A DNA stretch of 61,365 nucleotides from a virus (Duplodnaviria; Caudoviricetes): IMG/VR virus record IMGVR_UViG_3300032218_000733, positions 1 through 61,365 of that record. One strand, given 5' to 3'. Made by a program: the position numbers and the translations under genes. Positions 37,913 through 48,333 of this stretch are shown piece by piece. Position 1 is the stretch's first letter, and each line of letters opens with the position of its first letter. The notes below the pieces were generated by a model. It was not told the DNA's origin. It saw only the letters and a program-made list of their open reading frames with translations, and did not search any database.

Positions 37913-38902
37913 TTAGAATGCTACCATTCCATTTATGACATAAGGTTGTAGAAGCTGATCTGCATAAAGATTTCCTGTTCCTCTATGTGCATCTTCCATA
38001 AAATCAAATTTCCAGTCAAATGTACTTATACTCTTGACATATTTATTGCGCCATTCTTTATCTTTCTCAAAGAATTGCTGTATTAAAATAATACATGCTT
38101 CTTCTACGTTATCTGGAACGGACTTCCATCCAAATCTTCCTCCGACAACATATCTATAATCTTTCTTAAATGAATACATTGGACCCCAGTCATTAACTGT
38201 TGGGGGAACCATGCCGTTAGCAACATAAATCATATTATCATTAAGTAATTGTTTATTAACTCTAATTCCAAATCCTGACTCAGAAACCTGTGGAGTGTAC
38301 AACCAATTATTTTCATCTGTGATAGTGCTTACAAGCAAAACATCATTTTCATAAAGTTCGTGTATTTGTGAAATTCTAAATGGGAGGGGAAGAATATCTG
38401 ATCCTGATCCATATACAACCTGCTTATCATCATATTCATAAAAGAACTGTGCTGTATAAATTTCAATTAATTTACGTGCATATTTTTCAGCCATTTGAAT
38501 TTCATGATATGTTTTATAATTAGGATCTGATACGTCTGTCCCTAACCCTAAATCATCATATACATCTGCAAGGTTTGCGTAAGGTGTTACTACATCAATA
38601 TAGTAACTATGTGATGCTTCATTGCCATCAATTACGTAATCCCAAATAATTTTAAACTTGCGATTTCTTCGACAATATTCCAGTGGAACTACTACCTGAT
38701 ATGTTCCCCCATCGTTATCCAACTTTGTCCCATTTAAAGTTAAAATAGGCATGGTTGGATCTACCGTTGGGTTGATAGTTTCATCTTCTGTAATATCGTA
38801 AAGGGTAGCAGTAATTTCATCATTATCAACATCGACGATTTCACCACCCCAAAAGATTTTTGTCTTAATAGGTGATGTTTGATCTTTATAAATTTCTGCC
38901 AT
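37913..38902 (-). CDS. Head-tail adaptor
   Basis: A..LIE.YT.Q.F, GRFGW..VP..VEEA, TGN...DQLL.PY. Confidence 0.7.
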   Translation of the reverse strand: MAEIYKDQTSPIKTKIFWGGEIVDVDNDEITATLYDITEDETINPTVDPTMPILTLNGTKLDNDGGTYQVVVPLEYCRRNRKFKIIWDYVIDGNEASHSYYIDVVTPYANLADVYDDLGLGTDVSDPNYKTYHEIQMAEKYARKLIEIYTAQFFYEYDDKQVVYGSGSDILPLPFRISQIHELYENDVLLVSTITDENNWLYTPQVSESGFGIRVNKQLLNDNMIYVANGMVPPTVNDWGPMYSFKKDYRYVVGGRFGWKSVPDNVEEACIILIQQFFEKDKEWRNKYVKSISTFDWKFDFMEDAHRGTGNLYADQLLQPYVINGMVAF

Positions 38903-38912
38903 TTAATTGATT

Positions 38913-39308
38913 TTAGCTATAGAACTCTTGAACTTCCTTTGGAGTTGCTATTCTAAAACCTTCCTCCTTGTCGAAAATTGCTTGTGCATCATCTTCTTTC
39001 ATTGCAACAAACGGGTGTTCCTTAGTAAATGTATGACCCATAATATCGTATCGATAGTTATGTCTTGTCATTCTTACCAAGATTGTATCCTTAGCCCGCT
39101 CCTTTTTAGGATCAAATCTAGGAAGAATTTCTACTTCATCTTTATTGTCTTCAATATCCTGTGTGGTCTTTTGATATACCGACCATGTTACGCCTTCTTC
39201 AGCAAGGGCTGCAATTACGCTTGGCTTGCCTTTTAGACCTTCAATGTCTACGCCGAAATCTTCAGCAATTTGTTTTAGCTCTGCAATTTTTAACGTGTCA
39301 AATGACAT
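38913..39308 (-). CDS. Hypothetical protein with Rho-N/HeH-like N-terminal domain
   Basis: LKIAELKQIAEDFGVDIEGLKGK..IAAL. Confidence 0.6.
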   Translation of the reverse strand: MSFDTLKIAELKQIAEDFGVDIEGLKGKPSVIAALAEEGVTWSVYQKTTQDIEDNKDEVEILPRFDPKKERAKDTILVRMTRHNYRYDIMGHTFTKEHPFVAMKEDDAQAIFDKEEGFRIATPKEVQEFYS

Positions 39309-39354
39309 GTAATCTCCTTTTTCTAGGTATTTAATTATAGCATTGTTAAATTTA

Positions 39355-39388
39355 AATGAAAAGCCCCCAAAATTAATTGGGGGCCTTT
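39355..39388 (-). terminator. Intrinsic terminator after the major capsid gene
   Basis: GCCCCCAA-TTAATT-TTGGGGGC then TTTTCATTT. Confidence 0.8.
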
Positions 39389-39413
39389 CTTTGCAGTTCG
39401 CTTATAAATTAAA

Positions 39414-40439
39414 TTATGAAGCTACCTTAACGTTCTTTACAACCACCCAGGCATCAGCCTGTTCGATCTGGACGCCAACACGAGTATACATTGTGTACTC
39501 AATTGAGTCCTTACGTGGCCAGAAGAATCGGTAAACAGTTACATCACGCTTAATACCGATAACTACGTTATTTGGGAATGTCAAGTGAACATCACCGTGG
39601 TATCCTGCATGTCCTGAATAGTCTCCAGCTTGTGTTTCTGGAAGTAGTGGAACTTCAACAATTGGAATACCGTATGCGAATGGCGCTACGAATCCTGCTG
39701 GTCCACCCAAACCTGCTGACTCTCCACGGATTAAGCTAGAAGCAATATCCTGTGGTGTCGCAAAGTTTGTAGAATTTGATGATGTGTAAAGGAAATCCTG
39801 GATCAAGTTTGATCCTGCAAGGAAGCGAAGGTCTGTACGACGTTGCTTGTACTTACGTGGAAGAGCCTTAAGTGCACTGTTGAAAGTTGCACGAGAGATT
39901 GCTGCACCAGCTGCATCGACAACGTGACCGTATGTCTTTGCCTTCTTAACAGCACCATCGAATGCAGTCATAAGTCCTGAACCTGTTGTATCTCCATTGA
40001 GAACAACATCTTCAATATCATTACCTGCCTGTGTTGCCATTAAACGTGCAATATGATCTTCTAGATCTGGACCCTCAATATTGTCTTCTAGAGACTCTGT
40101 TGAGATTTCCCAATCCATACGAAGCTTACGAGTTGTCAAGTTAATTTTTGAGAAAGTGACAGCTGCATTTGATGCAGAGTCTGTGGCCTCAGAAGCAACA
40201 GTCATAAGTCTTTCGCCTACACCAATACGATCAATTTCTGTGGTGTCTGCTTTCATGCGAACAGTACGTGCTACTTTTCCAATTACAGTTGCATCGAACA
40301 TGTAATCTAGGAAACGAGCTGACTGCTCTGGGTTTAGTAAACCACCCTTATCGGCTGCGCCAACGTGAATACCTGATTCCGAATTGGAACCAGAAAATCC
40401 GCTAGTCTCTACAGCTTTTTCTAATGTTTCATTACTCAT
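39414..40439 (-). CDS. Major capsid protein (HK97 fold)
   Basis: GGLLNPEQ, ISTESLEDNIEG, VLNGD, GIPIVEVP; follows protease/scaffold; terminator downstream. Confidence 0.92.
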   Translation of the reverse strand: MSNETLEKAVETSGFSGSNSESGIHVGAADKGGLLNPEQSARFLDYMFDATVIGKVARTVRMKADTTEIDRIGVGERLMTVASEATDSASNAAVTFSKINLTTRKLRMDWEISTESLEDNIEGPDLEDHIARLMATQAGNDIEDVVLNGDTTGSGLMTAFDGAVKKAKTYGHVVDAAGAAISRATFNSALKALPRKYKQRRTDLRFLAGSNLIQDFLYTSSNSTNFATPQDIASSLIRGESAGLGGPAGFVAPFAYGIPIVEVPLLPETQAGDYSGHAGYHGDVHLTFPNNVVIGIKRDVTVYRFFWPRKDSIEYTMYTRVGVQIEQADAWVVVKNVKVAS

Positions 40440-40454
40440 TTATTTTCACCTACC

Positions 40455-41768
40455 TTATTTAATTAATTCTGATACGGAACCGAGGAAAGAACCGTTCCAT
40501 TTAGATTTTTTGATTGTTACTTCCTGAGACCCGCCAAGGTCTGAGGACTTCTTAAATGCAGTCTCTGATTCGACTGCGTCAACACGCTTTTCAACGCCGT
40601 TGATTGTGTTGCGGATTTCGCTTACAGCATTGCTCAAAGCTGAATGCTGCTCTGCCAATTCTGTAATTCTGCTATCTACGCTCTTGCTAAAAGTCTCGAC
40701 GGTATCTTTGATTGATGATACCTGCGCTGCATTTGATTCAGTAGCCTTGTCTAGAGTTTCTGAGAAGAAACCTTTCAAGTCCCCTAGCATCTTTGCAAAA
40801 TCAGGTTCAATTACATCAACCTCTGATACATCGGCTGCCTTTTCAAGAGTTTCAGCAGAAGCGTCTGCTACTGCATCTTCTGCAGGAGCTTCAGCTGGTG
40901 CTTCTTCAGCAGCAACTGGTGTTTCTTCAACTGCATTAGTTGTTTCTTCAACTACTACATTTTCTGTGTTTTCTGACACTTCATTACCTCCTTCTACGTT
41001 GGCCTGTTTTGCTATTTTTTGTGAATCAGGCAACGATAATCTTGACTTCTTAAATGAATCAAGAATGCTATCTATTTCTTTCGCTTTGTTTACATCATTT
41101 TTTTCGACCCACCCGATCAATGATGTTTGCTTTCCTGTGATTGGAGATGTGTATGTCTTTTCAGATGACACAAATACTGAATCACTATCTTCGCAATAAA
41201 AAATGTTTTCTGTTATAACTTCTGCTGCCATTCCTTTAAATACCAATTGGCCATTAGCCTTTGAAATAGAAAGAATGTTGCAAAGTTCATTTGCTGGAGA
41301 ATCTACAATTGAAAGTTCTACTAGGTCATAGCCTTTAATAAATCTTACTGATTCACCGCTTGACTTATTTACTTCATTGTCTGATTCTGTAATTCTTCCG
41401 CCGATTGAAAATCCTTGAAGGGTTCCGTCAAGAATCTTTTCCCAGGTATCTTGTGCACCCTTAGAAACATATGTCTCTACATAAACTCCGTTATAGAAAG
41501 ACTTTGAAACTGGATCGTAAAAAGATTCTGGCTTAAATGAAAGAAGCTTTCCAACTGCTAATGGTTGGTGCATTTCACGGATATTTCCACGGAAGTTTTC
41601 AAACGCTTTCATGCTTGCTTCCATAGTAACCACATCATTTGTTTGATCAACATTATCTAATGTTGCAAAGCCTGAGACAGTTCTTTTTTCACGATTAACT
41701 TTAGTAAAAGGAACCGCAAGGCTGACAGTATCGCCATGTGAAATCCATTGAGACTTTTCAATATTCAT
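40455..41768 (-). CDS. Prohead protease (HK97-type) fused to an acidic scaffolding region
   Basis: VSGFAT..NVD..ND, REMHQ, GFSIGG, ELSIVDSPAN; Glu/Ala-rich linker and coiled coil. Start at MNIEK. Confidence 0.88.
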   Translation of the reverse strand: MNIEKSQWISHGDTVSLAVPFTKVNREKRTVSGFATLDNVDQTNDVVTMEASMKAFENFRGNIREMHQPLAVGKLLSFKPESFYDPVSKSFYNGVYVETYVSKGAQDTWEKILDGTLQGFSIGGRITESDNEVNKSSGESVRFIKGYDLVELSIVDSPANELCNILSISKANGQLVFKGMAAEVITENIFYCEDSDSVFVSSEKTYTSPITGKQTSLIGWVEKNDVNKAKEIDSILDSFKKSRLSLPDSQKIAKQANVEGGNEVSENTENVVVEETTNAVEETPVAAEEAPAEAPAEDAVADASAETLEKAADVSEVDVIEPDFAKMLGDLKGFFSETLDKATESNAAQVSSIKDTVETFSKSVDSRITELAEQHSALSNAVSEIRNTINGVEKRVDAVESETAFKKSSDLGGSQEVTIKKSKWNGSFLGSVSELIK

Positions 41769-41775
41769 ATGCTTT

Positions 41776-41804
41776 ATTTTATCTTTGTATACATCAAAAG
41801 GCAA
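41776..41804 (-). promoter_or_regulatory. Promoter TTGCCT-17-TAAAAT, leaderless protease/capsid transcript
   Basis: ATG 7 nt after the -10; the -35 is one arm of AGGCAA-N8-TTGCCT. Confidence 0.65.
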
Positions 41805-41823
41805 ATAACTGGTTGCCTAATAA

Positions 41824-43413
41824 TTAAGCAGTTACTCTACCGTCACCCTTTGGATTTCTTGCTTCCCCAGAAACATCTGGAGAATTAGCATCTCTTTGTT
41901 GGGTTCTTTGTCTAGTATTTCCAGCTTGGGCCTGTTGTTCTGCCGCCTGCTGTGGCTTTAATTCGACGACTTTATCCCCGCCATCAATTGGAGCCTTACC
42001 CATTCTAATTCTAACTTCATTAGGGGTAATTACCTGCATTCTTAAATATCTTTCATCAATTTTAGACTGAGTATCCTCATCAGTTAAAGTTAATTCATTA
42101 AACTTTAAAATAAGGGCATCTGTCATTTCAGCAATAATTCTATTTAATTTCTTTTCTAAAATATCCTGTGCTGGCTTACATACTTGCTCTCTAAATGTTT
42201 TATCAGCATCTCGTGCCGCCCCTAAATTAATTCCCTCTGGAATTCCAATCTTATTAATTGGGGTTCTATGAGACAAAAGAATTTCATCACGGTTTGCTTT
42301 TCTATATGCATTAAACGATGCATCTTGGACTCCAGCCTCAACTGGCTCCATCTTAAATTCAACCTTTTGATCTGGGCTATCTGCTGGGAGCGGAATATAA
42401 AGAGATCTATGATTCTTACCCTTTAAGCCTACCTGGAAAAACTCAAGCAATTTCTGTTCTGCAACTGGAGAAAGCTTAGCTCCTTTAACTGTAATAATAT
42501 ATCTTGGGACAGCCTTATTTTCAAAGTAGTCTAGATTATATCTTCCAGCAAATTCATTTCCCGTCATTGAATTCTGTGAGGAAATAATGTCTGGGATTCC
42601 ATAATAGTTATTCATTGGAGTATACTTCTTCAAATGGATAACTTCGTTTGGACGATCTGTTCCGCCTGAAATTGGATTTTCAGTTTCAGTATCCCCGAAG
42701 TTGCGGAAGTAAACAGCCTTGCCATAAAGTAATTGAATAAATCCATCACGTAGGCGACGAACACGCATAGTCTTTGAAGGAATATGTCCCAGATAACCAA
42801 TCTTTCCAGATGTAGTTCTACCAATTTCAATAAAACCATTTCCTGTTGCTTCTAAATCTACATAAGCTTTTTTAAGGGTTTCAATAAATGTTTCTTCATC
42901 GTTACAATCTTCAAGCCATTGTTCTAGGCCGTCACGAATTCTATCTAATTTTCTACGAGCAAAATCTAATTTGTCTGGAGTATCCTGTAAATCTTGCATA
43001 GTCATTTTTGTTGCTCTTGACTCTGTGAACTGATATCCTAGCCCAACAATATTTTCAACCTTCGCATTAATTGCAGCATAGTTATATGGTGAAATTTCAT
43101 AAATACGTGCAAGGTACTCCAAGTTATACATTGGCTGAATAAGATCGAACATTGCATAACCAGTGATTGCTTGTGCAAGCAAATTCTGCTGTGTTGCTGT
43201 TCCATCAATACCTGTGTAGGCTTTTGAAAATTCTCTTCCCATCTTGCGGCGGAATGCTGGGCTTAGCCCAGTAACCTTTTTTAATTCTTCGCCTTCAATT
43301 TTAAATGGATCATTTTCTCTGGTAACTTCTGGACTATTAAATTTCATCCAATCGCCGACATTTGAAATCTCTATTGAATCTTGATTTTCTAATTCATCTG
43401 GCATAAATTCCAT
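41824..43413 (-). CDS. Portal protein
   Basis: TGNGFIEIGR, NEVIHLK...YYGIP, YFENKAVP, ITPNEVR..MG..P. Confidence 0.92.
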   Translation of the reverse strand: MEFMPDELENQDSIEISNVGDWMKFNSPEVTRENDPFKIEGEELKKVTGLSPAFRRKMGREFSKAYTGIDGTATQQNLLAQAITGYAMFDLIQPMYNLEYLARIYEISPYNYAAINAKVENIVGLGYQFTESRATKMTMQDLQDTPDKLDFARRKLDRIRDGLEQWLEDCNDEETFIETLKKAYVDLEATGNGFIEIGRTTSGKIGYLGHIPSKTMRVRRLRDGFIQLLYGKAVYFRNFGDTETENPISGGTDRPNEVIHLKKYTPMNNYYGIPDIISSQNSMTGNEFAGRYNLDYFENKAVPRYIITVKGAKLSPVAEQKLLEFFQVGLKGKNHRSLYIPLPADSPDQKVEFKMEPVEAGVQDASFNAYRKANRDEILLSHRTPINKIGIPEGINLGAARDADKTFREQVCKPAQDILEKKLNRIIAEMTDALILKFNELTLTDEDTQSKIDERYLRMQVITPNEVRIRMGKAPIDGGDKVVELKPQQAAEQQAQAGNTRQRTQQRDANSPDVSGEARNPKGDGRVTA

Positions 43414-43784
43414 TAGTATCCTCTTCCTCCGATTGCATCGCTTCCCGTTGTAATCTTTTTCATTTCATCTTTATGATTTCCAATATCTAGTGGATCTGGT
43501 ATCATTCCCCATTTTAATCTTTGATTCTGGTGTTCAAATTCTTCATCATCAATTTTTCTACGACCAGAAAGAAACTTTGGCTGGCCATCATAAATACCAA
43601 AAGATCTGACTTCCTTTATAAGGGCATCTATTTTGGCCTTATTATCTTTCATAGAAGTTACAGATAAGAAATTCCCTTCGTCATCGCCAATCCATCTGCC
43701 GTCTGGCATTTCCCACACATAGATTCCTAGCCTAGTCTCTTCGGCTATTTCAGTCTTTTTTAATTTACCTAAATCCATTACCAT
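43413..43784 (-). CDS. Hypothetical protein upstream of portal
   Basis: YVWEMPDGRW motif; start moved to the ATG 7 nt after TGGTAAAAT. Confidence 0.7.
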   Translation of the reverse strand: MVMDLGKLKKTEIAEETRLGIYVWEMPDGRWIGDDEGNFLSVTSMKDNKAKIDALIKEVRSFGIYDGQPKFLSGRRKIDDEEFEHQNQRLKWGMIPDPLDIGNHKDEMKKITTGSDAIGGRGY

Positions 43785-43846
43785 AGATTTTATTTTACCA
43801 TTCTTTGCAACTAAAGTCCAGGATTTTGTCAAGCATCGTGACAAAA

Positions 43847-45685
43847 TTATGTGTTTTGTATTACAAGCCAGTCATTATTGTAAGGAGTAAAGGAGTTTTC
43901 TGTCAGGCTCAATGACGCATTTTCCAAGTCTGTTACTGTAGAAATTGATCCCCTTGTATAAAGGTTATAATGACTTGTAGCCATTGTGCTATCAAAAGCT
44001 GACGGATAGAAGGTTATATTTTGATAAAGCCCCTTTGTATCCCCTGTAGATAAACTATTAAATGAAACTAATCCTATTAATGTAGAATCTAAAACCATAA
44101 TAATGTGATTTAATTGATTTAACTTAAATACATTATCAACTGATGGCTCTGAAGATTTTTCAATTCCATTTACCCAAATTGCATCTATTCCAGCATAATC
44201 CATATTCCCGCCCGAATCCCATGATACCTCTATGCCATCAGCGACCACTAGAAGGCCGTCAGAATCCCCTGAGAGGCGTGTATAGAACAGTTCAATGGTC
44301 TGGTAGCCTTCTAGTAAGTCAATGTCGAATCCAGAGGCTTCAGGGCATAGGATGCCGTTTCTAGCGTCTCTGCTTAAAATATTATATTTATTATTTCCCA
44401 TTGTTGCTAATGAATTTTCCTGCATAACTATTTTTTCACCAGAATTTACAGCATACAAAATCGGGTTATTATAAAAACTTAATCCTAGGTTATATAATTT
44501 AGGTATATAAATTGATGAGTCTGTTGAAGATAATGTTATTCTTAAATAAAGATTCCTTGATGAATCAAATCCATCTAAATTATATTGAGGGATTGATTCT
44601 CTATTACTACAAGGTATCCAAGTTATTCCGTCAATACTTGTTTCAACTGTAACTCCATTTGTTCCATACCATTCAATTTTTGAAGTATTCATATCTAGTC
44701 CCGCTGGAATTGTAATAAAATCTTCAATTACAACATCTTCTGTTGCCCCGCTTAAAAGAGAAATTGAATCCTCTAGGCCATTGTAATAAATGTTAGTTTG
44801 ATCAAACCAACTCCATGGCTTATTTGCTGGATATGAATAGTAATATGTTTTACTAATATTATTGTCATAAATTTCAAATAGGCTACCAGAATCTGGATTA
44901 GCAATTTGAATTGGCGGAAGTCCTAATGCTTCTTGATAATGTGATCTTATTTGGCTTTCAGATAATGCATATCTATATGCCGCAAAACTATTGCATAAAA
45001 TCCAGTCTGAAACATTTGTTGTTGGCCCACATTCTAACGATAAAGATGTATTAATAAATGTAAAATCAGATAAAGATAGATTGCTTTGTAAAGTGCCATC
45101 TACATATAAATATGCAGCATCTTTTTTATATATTGCAACAATGTGCATAGACCTATCTAAATATGGCGCAGTCCAAGAAATTTTGTGGGAGTTTAATTTA
45201 AATACTATGTTTCCGTTTTTATAGAATAAGCCAACATTATTTGTTGGATCACCAAAAATTGCAAATTCGGTAGCCGTAGTAATGTGAGGATATATCCAGG
45301 CTTCTAATGTAAAATCATTATCTGATGAATTTAATGTGCCAAATTGGCTGGTGGTAGGAACTGCAGTATAATCATTTGGAAAAGCATATAATATTGAATT
45401 GCTACTAGTTATCTTGGTTGATCTTGAATTACCTAATACTATAGAAAGAATATCTACTTCTGGATCCCCCGCATAAAATGCATGATTATTTGATCCAGAA
45501 TGATCATATGCAATATCTCCATGTAAGTTTGCATAAGCAGATAAAAGAGGATCATCTAAAATGTCTTGATATGTTGGATAGTGTTCTACAATATATGTAT
45601 AGTCAGAAAGATCAACGGTAGTCAAATCATCTAGTGGGAAATAGCCTACTGGATAGTCTGACAGAATTGTTGATCTATATGACAT
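43847..45685 (-). CDS. LamG/concanavalin A-like lectin domain virion protein
   Basis: D.P.GYFPLDD, FTLEAWI, HIVAIY...LYVDG, Y.YALS..QI..HY. Confidence 0.8.
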   Translation of the reverse strand: MSYRSTILSDYPVGYFPLDDLTTVDLSDYTYIVEHYPTYQDILDDPLLSAYANLHGDIAYDHSGSNNHAFYAGDPEVDILSIVLGNSRSTKITSSNSILYAFPNDYTAVPTTSQFGTLNSSDNDFTLEAWIYPHITTATEFAIFGDPTNNVGLFYKNGNIVFKLNSHKISWTAPYLDRSMHIVAIYKKDAAYLYVDGTLQSNLSLSDFTFINTSLSLECGPTTNVSDWILCNSFAAYRYALSESQIRSHYQEALGLPPIQIANPDSGSLFEIYDNNISKTYYYSYPANKPWSWFDQTNIYYNGLEDSISLLSGATEDVVIEDFITIPAGLDMNTSKIEWYGTNGVTVETSIDGITWIPCSNRESIPQYNLDGFDSSRNLYLRITLSSTDSSIYIPKLYNLGLSFYNNPILYAVNSGEKIVMQENSLATMGNNKYNILSRDARNGILCPEASGFDIDLLEGYQTIELFYTRLSGDSDGLLVVADGIEVSWDSGGNMDYAGIDAIWVNGIEKSSEPSVDNVFKLNQLNHIIMVLDSTLIGLVSFNSLSTGDTKGLYQNITFYPSAFDSTMATSHYNLYTRGSISTVTDLENASLSLTENSFTPYNNDWLVIQNT

Positions 45686-46896
45686 TATCCACCTACCGCA
45701 GATTTAAGATATCTAACAATTACTATACCAGAGCCACCTGCTCCCGCAAGTGTGGAGTAGTATCCCGTTGCTCCGCCCCCGCCTCCAGTATTAATTGTAC
45801 CACCAGAGCCGCTTGAACTATAACGTCCTATTCCTCCGCCGCCAGAACCTCCTGAAGTTGAAAGTGAAATAGATCCACTAGTTGAATATCCTCCAGATCC
45901 TCCACCGCCACCTGCATAATAATAAGTTGAAGAAACATTTTGTCCTGTTGATGTTGCTGCGCCCCATGAAGAGTATGTTGCTGTTCCTGCTCCACCATTT
46001 CCAGCATTTGGACCATCGCTACCAGCTGCTCCTGCTCCTCCGCCACCTCCAGAACCAATTCCTGCTCCAGCTGGATTAGAAGCATTTCTATAACCTCTTC
46101 CTCCTGCGTTACCTTGTCCAGAAACTGCGTCTCCTCCAACGCTATAACCACTTGTGCTTGATGCACCTCCGCCTCCACCAGATCCACCATTTCTTCCTTT
46201 TTCTGGAGTACCAATTTGTGCAGTCCATCCTCCTCCACCTCCAGTTGATGATGTACTTGCAAATGATGAATTTGTGCCATTTGGTGCTAAACTATTTGAA
46301 TCACTAATTGCAGCTCCTCCTCCACCAACTATAATTGATGTGTCACCAAGCAGTCCTGTAGGAGAATAAAGAACAACTCCACCTGCTCCTCCTCCACCAC
46401 CGAATCCTGTTCCTCCTGCCCCACCTCCTGCAATAATTAAAACGCTAGCATCCATTGCAACATTTGAAACTGCAAGGGTTCCATTAGCAGTAAATGTTCT
46501 ATAGTAATATGTAGCATCTGAAGATAGTGTTCCACCAGTTACAGTTGCTGCGGCAAGCGGTGTGAGTGAACTAGATGCAGAACTTGAATCGCTTGTGCCA
46601 AAAGCATTTATTGATGTCATTGTAAATGTATATGCCTGATTTGCTACAAATGTTCCAGAGACTGTTAAGGATCCATCTAAATCTGTATTTGTGTAAGTAA
46701 GCGCTATTGATGGTGATGAAGTAATTGCAATTGTTGTTATTGGAGAGCCATTAGCATTTCCGAGTGTATAGTTTAATGTTATTGAAGTAGAATTTATTGT
46801 TAATACGGAAGTAATTGATGGTGCTGATGGCTTAATTGCTCCCACCTTTACTAAACCTCTTGCGGATAAACTAGCTAGCGATTGGAATAATGGCAT
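45685..46896 (-). CDS. FN3 + glycine-rich-domain fibre/adhesin
   Basis: FN3 (GSPIT...YTFTMTSINAFG) then IAGGGAGG...GGSGIVIVRY. Confidence 0.75.
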   Translation of the reverse strand: MPLFQSLASLSARGLVKVGAIKPSAPSITSVLTINSTSITLNYTLGNANGSPITTIAITSSPSIALTYTNTDLDGSLTVSGTFVANQAYTFTMTSINAFGTSDSSSASSSLTPLAAATVTGGTLSSDATYYYRTFTANGTLAVSNVAMDASVLIIAGGGAGGTGFGGGGGAGGVVLYSPTGLLGDTSIIVGGGGAAISDSNSLAPNGTNSSFASTSSTGGGGGWTAQIGTPEKGRNGGSGGGGGASSTSGYSVGGDAVSGQGNAGGRGYRNASNPAGAGIGSGGGGGAGAAGSDGPNAGNGGAGTATYSSWGAATSTGQNVSSTYYYAGGGGGSGGYSTSGSISLSTSGGSGGGGIGRYSSSGSGGTINTGGGGGATGYYSTLAGAGGSGIVIVRYLKSAVGG

Positions 46897-46910
46897 TTAT
46901 TTTCCGCCCC

Positions 46911-48287
46911 CTATGCGTATTTAGTTTGTGATCCGAATACAGTATATGTTGCAGATGCTGTTTTAAGTATTGTGTAAATATAAGAATCTATTGATGAAGC
47001 ATTGCCAACTGTTGGTGCCGTTCCGTTTAACCACTTAATGCTCCCTTGGGTAGATCCATCAATTTGAAATGTTGACGGATAAGATGCTGTTGAAGCTCCA
47101 GTTGTATTTAAAAATGCAATAGTTATTGATTGTCCAGTAGCTAATAATGAATTAAGGCTTGTTCCTGAGCTTCCTCTAACATTTAAAGTAAATGCACTTG
47201 TTGAGCCTGTTGTATAATACCAAACGCTTGAGGTAGTAACATCCATATTTATTGTAGATGATGTTGCTGCTGCAACTACATTTGCTGTTTCAATTAATCC
47301 AATTACTGCTGAGTTTGTTTGTATTGTACCTTGGGTTCCAGTTGTGCCTTGAGTTCCAGTAGTACCCTGTGTTCCAGTTGAGCCTTGTGAGCCAGTCGTA
47401 CCTTGTGCACCAGTTGTACCTTGTGTTCCAGTTGTGCCAGTTGTACCCTGTGTTCCAGTCGCACCTTGTGCACCAGTTGTACCAGTAGTTCCTTGTGCAC
47501 CAGTAGTTCCTTGTGCTCCAGTTGTTCCGTTTGTACCCTGTGTGCCTGTTGTACCCTGTGTTCCAGTCGCACCTTGTGTACCAGTTGTACCAGTAGTTCC
47601 TTGTGCACCAGTAGTTCCGTTTGTACCCTGTGTGCCTGTTGTACCCTGTGTTCCAGTCGCACCTTGTGTACCAGTTGTACCAGTAGTTCCTTGTGCACCA
47701 GTAGTTCCTTGTGAACCAGTTGTACCTTGTGAACCTTGAATTGGACCAACATTTGTCCATTCTGCTCCAGTCCAAACATATAAGTTCCCAGAAATTGTAT
47801 AAGCATCTCCAAGTGTTCCTGTTGGATGTGCTGCCTGTAATGCACCTAAGTTTGCATATGTTCCAAGTATATTAACGCCAGTTCCAGCAATTCCCTGTAC
47901 TCCAGTAGAACCTTGTGTTCCTGTTGTACCCTGGGTGCCCGTTGTGCCTTGAGCACCAGTTGTTCCTTGCGCTCCTATTGTTCCTTGAGCACCAGTTGTT
48001 CCTTGACTACCAGTTGTACCTTGAGTTCCTTGTAAACCAGTTGTGCCTTGAGAACCAGTTGTTCCTTGCGCTCCAGTTGTACCTTGCGCTCCAGTTGTAC
48101 CTTGAGTGCCAGTTGTTCCTTGACGACCTTGTATACCTTGAGTTCCTTGTGTACCTGTTGCGCCTTGTGCTCCAGGATTTGCTGTTAAATATGTATCTAC
48201 ATTTTGTGCAAGTAATTGAATGTCCGCAGGAATATCTGGCGGATCTGAATAAGCGGGGAAACTAAAACCCTTTGATGTTGAACCCAT
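46911..48287 (-). CDS. Collagen-like (G-X-Y) fibre protein
   Basis: Two long GTQ/GTT/GAQ tracts around a short spacer; C-terminal beta domain ([10 protein letters not shown]...D.Y.Y). Confidence 0.85.
   Translation of the reverse strand: MGSTSKGFSFPAYSDPPDIPADIQLLAQNVDTYLTANPGAQGATGTQGTQGIQGRQGTTGTQGTTGAQGTTGAQGTTGSQGTTGLQGTQGTTGSQGTTGAQGTIGAQGTTGAQGTTGTQGTTGTQGSTGVQGIAGTGVNILGTYANLGALQAAHPTGTLGDAYTISGNLYVWTGAEWTNVGPIQGSQGTTGSQGTTGAQGTTGTTGTQGATGTQGTTGTQGTNGTTGAQGTTGTTGTQGATGTQGTTGTQGTNGTTGAQGTTGAQGTTGTTGAQGATGTQGTTGTTGTQGTTGAQGTTGSQGSTGTQGTTGTQGTTGTQGTIQTNSAVIGLIETANVVAAATSSTINMDVTTSSVWYYTTGSTSAFTLNVRGSSGTSLNSLLATGQSITIAFLNTTGASTASYPSTFQIDGSTQGSIKWLNGTAPTVGNASSIDSYIYTILKTASATYTVFGSQTKYA
47524..47703. 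repeat. Exact 90-bp tandem duplication inside the collagen tract
   Basis: 47524-47613 equals 47614-47703; a partial third copy lies near 47440-47510. Confidence 0.85.
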
Positions 48288-48333
48288 TTTAAAATTATAC
48301 CACCTTAAATGTTATGACAATCACCTATAAAAC

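Noticed and set aside
43823-43847. Inverted repeat ATTTTGTCA-N7-TGACAAAAT as a mobile-element end
   Set aside because: A single hairpin after the LamG stop with no partner end or transposase; more likely a terminator or operator next to the downstream promoter.
47290-48265. Cys/Trp- or Val/Pro-rich repetitive ORFs in other frames and on the plus strand
   Set aside because: They are shadows of the G-X-Y collagen codon repeat.
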